Shown piece after piece: positions 17,220 to 24,000 of a stretch of 24,000 nucleotides of DNA; the first letter of the stretch is position 1; each line of letters begins with the position of its first letter. Where the stretch lies: the sequence record MG765279.2. One strand, written 5' to 3'. Source of the stretch: Lactobacillus phage Semele. The notes under the pieces were generated by a model. It made no database searches, was not told the DNA's origin, and worked only from the letters and a program-made list of their open reading frames with translations. Made by a program: the position numbers and the translations under genes.

Positions 17220-18758
17220 ATGGCTTATTATGATAAGGAAACAAGCGATGAATTAAAAGATAAGTTCAAAGATTTAGCAGTACCAACTGGGGATGACTTT
17301 TCTGGACTTGTAAGTTACTTTGACAAAGGATTACAGGGTATGGATGAGGCACTCCCTCAGACTATTACTATTGCGGACGGAACAGTGACGCCAGAAAAAA
17401 CAACCTTCGCCTCAGAGTCAGGTTATAAAAATGAAATAGATTCAAGTAAAATCACACAAGAAAGATATTATAATGGTACTTCGGTTGGCAGCCTCTCTAA
17501 GGGAGACGCTACTTATGGAACGATAGCAATTGATTTAATCCCCGGAGAGCCATATCTTTTATTTGGTGCTTCTGGTTCGCTTAGTTTTGTTTATGACGGC
17601 ACTAGTCTTACAAAATTATCATCTTTTACTGGATACTCCTCTTATTTAAATACGGGTTCTGGATTATCTAGTGATTATGTGCATAAATTTAAAGCACCTT
17701 TGGGAGCAACAACGATTTATATTTCAGCAAGAATTGGGCTTGCAACAATGCTACCTACTATGCTGTTCAGAACAGGCGATTCGTTATTTTTAAAAGATTA
17801 TGTACCTTATAACACATATTTAAATAGAAAATTGACGATAAAAGACTTACAAGAACCGCTTGCAGAAAAAGCCTTGTCGTTAATTCCTAAAAATAGAATT
17901 CATGTAAAAAAAGACGGAACAGGTGACTTCACATCTTTGGTAACCGCCGTTAGGTCAATATCAGACAGTTCTATTGATAATGTATACGATATTTATGTAT
18001 ATGATAATCACGATATTATAGATGAGTTAGGGGGTCGAACTTTTGCTGAATCTTTGACAAATTCGTCAGATAGAGCAAGCCTTTATGTACCGGAATACGT
18101 AAACATCATTGCCATTGGAAAGAAAGAGTTAAGTCTGAAGTTAAACCCTTCATGGAATGTGAATTACAATGCTATAAAAGCCTTGTCTGTGTTAGAAGTA
18201 AGCAAAGGAAACAATGTTTTTGAAAATCTGACTTTCGTTGCTAGGAATGCTCGTTATGCTGTTCATGATGAATCTAACGGTAAATGTCCTAACAGTAAAG
18301 TGATTTATAACAACTGCGAATTTATTCATGAAGGAAATGATGATTTTTCAGGAGACACAACTGGCCAATGGTTGTCATGTTGTGGGTTTGGCTCAGGAAT
18401 GAGCAGCGGAGTAAATAGAGAATTTTATAACTGTAAATTCAAAAGCAAGTCATACTATCCTTTTTCTTGTCACGATAACGCTAATTTTTCATATGGAGCG
18501 TCATTAAATATTTTTAACTGCGAGTTTGAAAATGAAGGTGGAAATTCTACTTATGCAGAGGACATTAAATTGTCAACTTATTCAACTGGAAATGCTATAG
18601 ACACGGCTTCTATCAATAATACTCTAATTAAATCTGTTCTGGTTAGAAATGAAGTAGCAGGACAACCTGCTAACCGTTGGGAAGTTAAAGGTTCTGGTAA
18701 CTATCAAACTAAACTGGCAGAAAGCGGTAAAGCTGTTCCATTCACTATTACATTTTAG
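17220..18758 (+). CDS. Tail spike/fibre-like protein with right-handed beta-helix (pectate lyase/pectinesterase-like) domain
   Basis: 512 aa; RIHVKKDGTGDFTSLVTAV… , GNNVFENLTFVARNARYAVHDE…VIYNNCEFIHEG…REFYNCKFKSK…LNIFNCEFENEG. Confidence 0.7.
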   Translation: MAYYDKETSDELKDKFKDLAVPTGDDFSGLVSYFDKGLQGMDEALPQTITIADGTVTPEKTTFASESGYKNEIDSSKITQERYYNGTSVGSLSKGDATYGTIAIDLIPGEPYLLFGASGSLSFVYDGTSLTKLSSFTGYSSYLNTGSGLSSDYVHKFKAPLGATTIYISARIGLATMLPTMLFRTGDSLFLKDYVPYNTYLNRKLTIKDLQEPLAEKALSLIPKNRIHVKKDGTGDFTSLVTAVRSISDSSIDNVYDIYVYDNHDIIDELGGRTFAESLTNSSDRASLYVPEYVNIIAIGKKELSLKLNPSWNVNYNAIKALSVLEVSKGNNVFENLTFVARNARYAVHDESNGKCPNSKVIYNNCEFIHEGNDDFSGDTTGQWLSCCGFGSGMSSGVNREFYNCKFKSKSYYPFSCHDNANFSYGASLNIFNCEFENEGGNSTYAEDIKLSTYSTGNAIDTASINNTLIKSVLVRNEVAGQPANRWEVKGSGNYQTKLAESGKAVPFTITF

Positions 18759-18898
18759 AACCAAAATGTTGAATGATGAATTAAGAAAACAGGAGGAAAA
18801 CGATTGAATAAGCGCCTCTAGTAATCGAAATAAAATTTGAATTTTATTATGAAAAGTCTTATAAAAACTTTACGATTTATATTCCTTCATAAAGGAGA

Positions 18899-19402
18899 AT
18901 GATAATGTCTATTTTAATTAATAAATGGTTCTTAATTGTAGAAATAACCTATATCTTAACAGTGTTCTTTGAATACTTGTCTACAATTACTGCTGTTAGA
19001 AATGCTGATAGCTATGCTAGACAAGTTGGCAATGAACTTACTAGTGACGTCATTAAGAAAGGTATCAAGTTTGGGTTTATAATGGAGGGATTAGTAGGAG
19101 CAATCCTTTCAGGTGGATTAACTGCTTTTATTATTGCCGAGAAGGGCACCTTTACGTCTTTTGAATACGTGGTATTTTACTTTGTTGGCTTAGTTATATC
19201 ACTATTTATTCGTAACTATATTTATTCTTGGGTAACAAATGCTTATTCAGACAGACGAGTTAAGCGAATGAAGAATGCACAGGCTAAAATTATCAAAGAA
19301 GCTCAGAAAGACGTTGCTAATGGAACTTTATCGCCTGAACAGCTAGAACATCTTATGGACTTAACTTCTGGGAAGGCACGTGATAGTCAATGGCAGAAAT
19401 AA
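18899..19402 (+). CDS. Membrane protein, unknown function
   Basis: Three hydrophobic segments (WFLIVEITYILTVFFEYL, FGFIMEGLVGAILSGGLTAFII, VVFYFVGLVISLFI) and a charged C-terminus; SD AAAGGAG. Confidence 0.65.
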   Translation: MIMSILINKWFLIVEITYILTVFFEYLSTITAVRNADSYARQVGNELTSDVIKKGIKFGFIMEGLVGAILSGGLTAFIIAEKGTFTSFEYVVFYFVGLVISLFIRNYIYSWVTNAYSDRRVKRMKNAQAKIIKEAQKDVANGTLSPEQLEHLMDLTSGKARDSQWQK

Positions 19403-19968
19403 GCACAGTCAAAGCAGGAGTAGTGATGATAAAGTCTAATCCTTACTACTATGTTGAAGAGATTAGTGTACAAGGCGCTAGTACCCCCTATTTAGCAGTT
19501 TACGAAATTAGTAAGGAGTCATTGTCTCAATATGCCATAAGTAAAGACCTATCAGTGATATATAAGAAAGTTGTACACCGTCAGGTTGACAAGACTAGAG
19601 TTGTTGGCCTAACAAAATTATCAAAGTTAGTCACTAAGGGTAAAGATAAAGTTACTGAAAAACATACACAAACTCTAGTAGCAAAGCCCCTTTTCCTAGC
19701 AGAGGAAGAGCCGGGAATTGATTCATTTACTAATGAGTATGGCATGGGATTCAGGGAATACGTGAAGAACCCTGATGAAATTCTAAAGGCAAACATAAGC
19801 AATCATAAAGGTATGCCGCCAGCAACAATTCCTACCGGGGTATTTATCAGTGTAAAGCATATTGCATGGCAGAAGCAGTATATTCCAATTGCAGGACTAG
19901 TTGGATATTTATCGGACTTGATTGACAATACTTTTGGAATGCCTTCAATTGATGTATTTGGGGGCTAG
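19390..19968 (+). CDS. Hypothetical protein (192 aa)
   Basis: Intact ORF overlapping the upstream gene. Confidence 0.7.
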   Translation: MAEISTVKAGVVMIKSNPYYYVEEISVQGASTPYLAVYEISKESLSQYAISKDLSVIYKKVVHRQVDKTRVVGLTKLSKLVTKGKDKVTEKHTQTLVAKPLFLAEEEPGIDSFTNEYGMGFREYVKNPDEILKANISNHKGMPPATIPTGVFISVKHIAWQKQYIPIAGLVGYLSDLIDNTFGMPSIDVFGG

Positions 19969-19971
19969 ATT

Positions 19972-20742
19972 ATGACCCGTATTATGGAGGATGACGTCAA
20001 ACAAGCTATTCTTAGCAACCGTCATTTGTTATCTGGATTAGGTGATTTAGGAGATACCAAAGTTATATTTGAAAAGGGCATGAATTATGGTAACTTAATA
20101 GCTGATGCTATTGCTTTTACTCAAAAACAAGGAATCATTGGTTACGAGATTAAGACAGAGTATGACACGTTAAAAAGACTGCCAAAACAGTTGGATAGCT
20201 ATGTTAGAGTATGCAACTATGTTATTGTTTTCTGTCATGATTCTAAGTTAGAAGAAGTAGAAGAATTATTGGCTAGTAAGAACTATCCATTTGTCGGAAT
20301 CATTAGTTATTCAGAATTTAATGATGATATCATTACTGGTATGTATCGGGCTCCTCAACTTACCCCTTTATTTAAGATGAAAGCCTGCCTGTCAATGCTC
20401 TGGAAAAACGAAATATATGCCATCTTGTCGGCCTATGTTAACCATCCAAGTAACGTGGTTAAGAACACCTATAATGAAAAGACGACTAATGTTCATACAG
20501 CTATGCTAAGCAGAAATTCTCAGTATGGGGTGCTGAGGAGAGACATGACTAAGAGAGCAATGATTTCACTGTACGATAACCTGATTCCAGAGAATGAAGG
20601 TATCCGAATTATTTGTGAGATGTTTATCACTGAAAAGTTTGACCCTAATAAAAATTTACAGTTATACAATTATGGTGACCAGTTCACCCATGATGTAACC
20701 TTTAAAGATGGCTACAATAAGCATAACAGGAGAAGACACTAA
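19972..20742 (+). CDS. sce7726-like / PDDEXK nuclease-like protein
   Basis: DLGDTKVIFEKGMNYGNLIADAIAFTQKQGIIGYEIKTEYDTLKRLPKQLDSYVRVCNYVIVFCHD: D…ExK arrangement plus typical DTLxRLxxQxxxY. Confidence 0.5.
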   Translation: MTRIMEDDVKQAILSNRHLLSGLGDLGDTKVIFEKGMNYGNLIADAIAFTQKQGIIGYEIKTEYDTLKRLPKQLDSYVRVCNYVIVFCHDSKLEEVEELLASKNYPFVGIISYSEFNDDIITGMYRAPQLTPLFKMKACLSMLWKNEIYAILSAYVNHPSNVVKNTYNEKTTNVHTAMLSRNSQYGVLRRDMTKRAMISLYDNLIPENEGIRIICEMFITEKFDPNKNLQLYNYGDQFTHDVTFKDGYNKHNRRRH

Positions 20743-20761
20743 ATTGTCTTCTCTTTTTTAT
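20731..20761 (+). terminator. Rho-independent terminator
   Basis: GAGAAGAC-actaaatt-GTCTTCTC followed by TTTTTT. Confidence 0.8.
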
Positions 20762-20773
20762 TTTAAATAAGTG

Positions 20774-20802
20774 TTGACATTGGTGTTATTGAACTGTATA
20801 CT
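20774..20802 (+). promoter_or_regulatory. Sigma-A-like promoter
   Basis: TTGACA (20774-20779), 17 nt, TATACT (20797-20802). Confidence 0.7.
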
Positions 20803-20871
20803 AAGCTTATTCAATAAAGGAAGAGGTAACATAATTAGGGATAAGGGTTCATAAAAGTAATAAATAAAGTC

Positions 20872-20900
20872 TTGACAGAGGGTACCAGAGATGCTATACT
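20872..20900 (+). promoter_or_regulatory. Sigma-A-like promoter of tnpB
   Basis: TTGACA (20872-20877), 17 nt, TATACT (20895-20900); SD AGAGGTG before ATG 20932. Confidence 0.75.
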
Positions 20901-20931
20901 CTTAGTATAGAAAAAGAAAAGAGGTGAAAAG

Positions 20932-22068
20932 ATGTATAAAGCATATAAAATTAGAATTTACCCTAATAAGCAACAAGAAGTCCAGATATTATTAACTTTT
21001 GGGCAAACTAGATTTGTTTGGAACCAAATGTTAGCCATGCAACTAGAACGATATAAAAATGGTGGTAAGTTTGTCAATGCTTTTGGTATGAACAGATTAC
21101 TGACACATCTAAAAAAGGAATACCCATGGCTAGCTGAATCCTCTGCACAAAGCTTGCAAGAGGTGTGTAAAGATTTGTCGCTTGCTTTTAAAAATCTGTT
21201 TGAGCATAGGGCGAATAAACCAAAGTATAAGAGTAGAAAATACCCAAAGCAGAGTTATAGATGTAACAAGAATATAACGTTAGTAGATGGTCATCATATT
21301 AAATTACCTAAGCTAAAAACTATGTATTACCACTCTGGCAGAGAAATCAAGGGAAAGATTAAGAATGTAACTATTCGTAAATCAGCTACTAATAAATATT
21401 ATGTTAGTGTCTTAACTGAAATAGAGGTTAAACCTTTAGCGAAAACCAAGCAAGAGGTCGGAATTGATATGGGAGTAGCAGACTTAGCGATTACTAGTGA
21501 TGGTAAGAAATATAGGACAGTTAGGTTTGATAAGTTATTACAAGATAAGAAGCATTACTGGGAAGTACGCTTGGCTCGTAGACGATTAAAAGCTAAGAAA
21601 GAGATAGCTTGGGATAAACACAATAAAGTTTTAGAACCTAGAGAGCTATCAGACTTCTCTAACTATATGAAAGCAAAGCTAATGGTAGCTAAGTATAGTG
21701 AGAAGATAGCCAATCAAAGAAAAGACTATCTGCATAAGATTAGTACTGAATTAGTAAAACAATATGATGTTATCAAAGTTGAAGATTTGAAAGCTGGTAA
21801 TATGATTAAAAATCACAAGCTAGCCAGAGCCATCGCTAATCAGTCTTGGCTAGAACTACGTTTAATGTTAGAATACAAATGTGAATGGCACGCTAAAGAC
21901 TTAGTGATTGTTAATCCATATAAAACTAGCCAGATTTGTTCTAGCTGTGGTTATGATGATGGAAAGCATACTTTAGATATTAGAAGCTGGGTTTGCCCCA
22001 AATGTGGTACTAAGCATGATAGAGATGTCAATGCAGCTAAGAACATTCTAAAAGCAGAAGCAAAGTAG
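20932..22068 (+). CDS. tnpB: TnpB (IS200/IS605 family OrfB, RNA-guided endonuclease-like)
   Basis: 378 aa; MYKAYKIRIYPNKQQ N-term, RuvC motifs GIDMGVADLAI, IKVEDLKAGNM, DRDVNAAKNI, zinc finger CSSCG…CPKCG. Confidence 0.93.
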   Translation: MYKAYKIRIYPNKQQEVQILLTFGQTRFVWNQMLAMQLERYKNGGKFVNAFGMNRLLTHLKKEYPWLAESSAQSLQEVCKDLSLAFKNLFEHRANKPKYKSRKYPKQSYRCNKNITLVDGHHIKLPKLKTMYYHSGREIKGKIKNVTIRKSATNKYYVSVLTEIEVKPLAKTKQEVGIDMGVADLAITSDGKKYRTVRFDKLLQDKKHYWEVRLARRRLKAKKEIAWDKHNKVLEPRELSDFSNYMKAKLMVAKYSEKIANQRKDYLHKISTELVKQYDVIKVEDLKAGNMIKNHKLARAIANQSWLELRLMLEYKCEWHAKDLVIVNPYKTSQICSSCGYDDGKHTLDIRSWVCPKCGTKHDRDVNAAKNILKAEAK

Positions 22069-22192
22069 AAACACAATAGAAGGCTAGGGACTAGCCGTGG
22101 TAAGATAGTTATGACCTCTGTATACTACTTGTTTAAGGTATATAAGTTGTGATGTTCCCAGAAACCCGTTACTTTCGTGACGAGTAGTTCAC
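21950..22192 (+). ncRNA. Candidate omegaRNA (reRNA) overlapping the tnpB 3' end and right end
   Basis: Inferred from known TnpB locus organisation; structured noncoding tail 22069-22192 with terminal hairpin. Boundaries not determined. Confidence 0.4.
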
Positions 22193-22216
22193 GTTATGAT
22201 TAGTTCACGTTATAAT
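22185..22216 (+). repeat. Tandem 16-bp repeat TAGTTCACGTTATRAT x2, plus partial TAGTTCA
   Basis: 22185-22200 and 22201-22216, one mismatch; contains TATAAT at 22211-22216. Confidence 0.85.
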
Positions 22217-22248
22217 TAGTTCATCAAATGAAGAGGAGATTTTAAATT

Positions 22249-23565
22249 ATGAAATTTGTTAATCAAAGTGCACCAGTAACCACTAAGAAGTTGGCTGTAG
22301 GGTCATTAGTTATTGAAAATATTGGAAAACGTTTGTCACCAGACTCAGTAACCGGGCTAAAGGTAGATGACTACCATGTACTAGCATTGGGCGATAATGA
22401 AGCTAAGTTAGTGAAAATTGAAGATGGCGTTGACAATCACTTTAAGGTAACCGTAGCCCCTAACCGAGTAGGTATCGGTTTAGAACCATCAGTTATGGAT
22501 ATTATCAATAATCGCATGGCAACGTCTACTTATACAGACCATGACTTAGATTTCCCAGATACTGATGATGACTTGTACACACAAGTAAAGGATTCAGTAC
22601 CAATGCCAATTGATAAGGAACCCTCAACCTTAGACCAGTTAGTAGCCATTGTTAGTGATTTTTCAGTTACAAAGTATGGTCGTTTATCTAAGTTGGCAAA
22701 ATTACGAGATGTAGCTGATACCTCAGATGTAGCTGAATTGATTGATGGAGCTATCAAGGATTTAAAGGGTAAGCATATGAGTGCCAGTGATATTGCGGAT
22801 AAGTACAAGGCACTAGCTAATGATTTACAAGCTAATTACAACGATGATGATAGTGATGACGAACCCGTAACTAAACCTAATTACAAGAGAGCTATTCACT
22901 CAGCAGGGGAAGCAATTGCTAAGGCGGTGTCTAGTTTTAATACGTCTAAGGTAAGCGAAGCCTTATCCAAGCTAGCCGAAGAAGCCAAGACTACTAAATT
23001 AGACACTAAAGACCTAGAAAATGATGATTATTTAAAGTTCTTAGATAAGTATTTTACAGAATTAAAGAATAGTAAGTTGTCTAATGATGAAATTGTATCC
23101 TATCTTGATAAGTTGCATTTAGATGATAAATACTTGCAAGACGGTATTAGTACACTAAAGGGTAAGATTAAAGAAGGTACTGAAGACGCTGGTAAGGTAT
23201 TAGAATTGGCTAAAGATGACTTAGATTCTCAATTCCAATTACGATTAGGGCTGGATAAGCTAATGTCATTATTAGGGTTTGAAAAAGAGGATGATTACGA
23301 AGATGAGGATGACGACCTCACTGATGATGATACCTTATTAGAATTGTTTGATGAAGTTTTTGACTCATATTATAAAGAAGGTGCTCCTAGCGATGAAGAA
23401 GCTAAGTTGCTTGTTCGGGTACTAACGACCGCTGGGTATATTGAAGATGACGACTTATACAAGTTCACTAAGAAAGTTATCTATAAGCTTACCGAAGATG
23501 ATTATAAAGATAATGCTGAAAAAGTAATGGCTGATTTAGCAGAAGAATACGAACAAAAGTTTTAA
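22249..23565 (+). CDS. Large acidic phage protein of unknown function
   Basis: 438 aa with SD AGAGGAG; Asp/Glu-rich segments (NDDDSDDE, EKEDDYEDEDDDLTDDD). Confidence 0.8.
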   Translation: MKFVNQSAPVTTKKLAVGSLVIENIGKRLSPDSVTGLKVDDYHVLALGDNEAKLVKIEDGVDNHFKVTVAPNRVGIGLEPSVMDIINNRMATSTYTDHDLDFPDTDDDLYTQVKDSVPMPIDKEPSTLDQLVAIVSDFSVTKYGRLSKLAKLRDVADTSDVAELIDGAIKDLKGKHMSASDIADKYKALANDLQANYNDDDSDDEPVTKPNYKRAIHSAGEAIAKAVSSFNTSKVSEALSKLAEEAKTTKLDTKDLENDDYLKFLDKYFTELKNSKLSNDEIVSYLDKLHLDDKYLQDGISTLKGKIKEGTEDAGKVLELAKDDLDSQFQLRLGLDKLMSLLGFEKEDDYEDEDDDLTDDDTLLELFDEVFDSYYKEGAPSDEEAKLLVRVLTTAGYIEDDDLYKFTKKVIYKLTEDDYKDNAEKVMADLAEEYEQKF

Positions 23566-23573
23566 TTAAATTG

Positions 23574-23597
23574 AGCCTGATGAGGGCTCTTTTTGTT
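23574..23597 (+). terminator. Rho-independent terminator
   Basis: GAGCC-tgatgag-GGCTC followed by TTTTT. Confidence 0.75.
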
Positions 23598-23607
23598 ACG
23601 TATAGGG

Positions 23608-23636
23608 TTGACACTGATATTCTAGTATGGTATGAT
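23608..23636 (+). promoter_or_regulatory. Sigma-A-like promoter
   Basis: TTGACA (23608-23613), 17 nt, TATGAT (23631-23636) with extended TG. Confidence 0.75.
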
Positions 23637-23664
23637 ATATCCATCAACAACAGGAGGGATTAAT

Positions 23665-24000
23665 ATGAAGCTTAATTTGGAAACTGAGGAGCTAAAACCA
23701 TTATTACCATATTGCAAAGTAACTGATGATTACGTTGCTTTCTTCTCAGATAAAAGTGTGTTTAGCAATGGGTATGATTGTGAGTTTAACTATGATGACA
23801 AGGGCGTACATAGCGCTCAACAAGCCTTAGTATATGGAAAAGCTTTATTGTTGGGAGATTACTCCATAGCAGAAAAGGTATTGGATACTAAGAATACCCC
23901 TATGGCTTATCACAACCTAAACAAGCAGATTAATGGTGATGTTAACTTATGGGAAAATTATCGTAGTCGAGTAATGATTTCTATTTTAGACGATAAGTTT
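23665..24000 (+). CDS. NADAR (YbiA/DUF1768)-family-like protein, 5' part, truncated by window end
   Basis: SD AGGAGG, ATG 23665, 112 open codons: …VAFFSDKSVFSNGYDCEFNYDDKGVHSAQQALVYGKALLLGDYSIAEKVLDTKNTPMAYHNLNKQINGDVNLWENYRSRVMISILDDKF. Confidence 0.65.
   Translation, partial: MKLNLETEELKPLLPYCKVTDDYVAFFSDKSVFSNGYDCEFNYDDKGVHSAQQALVYGKALLLGDYSIAEKVLDTKNTPMAYHNLNKQINGDVNLWENYRSRVMISILDDKF

Larger units (their letters stand above)
20850..22192 (+). mobile_element. TnpB-only IS200/IS605-type element, no TnpA (ends approximate)
   Basis: tnpB flanked by sequences unrelated to phage genes; candidate right-end hairpin CGTTAC-tttc-GTGACG (about 22167-22182) followed by GAGTAGTTCAC. Confidence 0.5.

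Noticed and set aside
20743-22248. A tnpA/serine-recombinase partner for TnpB
   Set aside because: No ORF in either strand between the flanking genes encodes a TnpA-like Tyr/HUH or IS607-like recombinase, so the element appears to be tnpB-only.
1-24000. tRNA genes
   Set aside because: Intergenic gaps are short and no cloverleaf with TTCRANNY-type T loop was noticed by eye; a tRNAscan-SE run would be needed to exclude them formally.

Overview
The window reads as a segment of a large lytic-phage genome. Every supported gene is on the + strand. Codon usage, ribosome binding sites and protein content fit a SPO1-like/Herelleviridae-type phage of a Lactobacillus-like host; this assignment is by recognition, no search was run. 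Main content: (i) a nuclease-like gene and an HU/IHF-like gene; (ii) a tail-associated module with a metallophosphoesterase carrying four N-terminal 18-aa repeats; (iii) a family A DNA polymerase with a probable N-terminal uracil-DNA-glycosylase-like domain, split by a group I intron that encodes an HNH-type homing endonuclease; (iv) a recombination/transcription block (probable ssDNA-binding protein, RecA-like recombinase, sigma factor); (v) an accessory virion-like cassette of two Thr-rich mucin-like proteins, a DxD glycosyltransferase-like protein and a beta-helix tail-spike-like protein; (vi) a PDDEXK-like gene; (vii) a solo TnpB with a candidate omegaRNA/right end; (viii) the start of a NADAR-family-like gene that is absent from the supplied ORF track. 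The leads I would follow first are the mucin-like/glycosyltransferase cassette, an open +1-frame extension after the first Thr-rich ORF, the solo TnpB, the NADAR-like gene, and recurrent compact terminator-promoter elements (TTGACA fused to a hairpin whose right arm is the -10 region).
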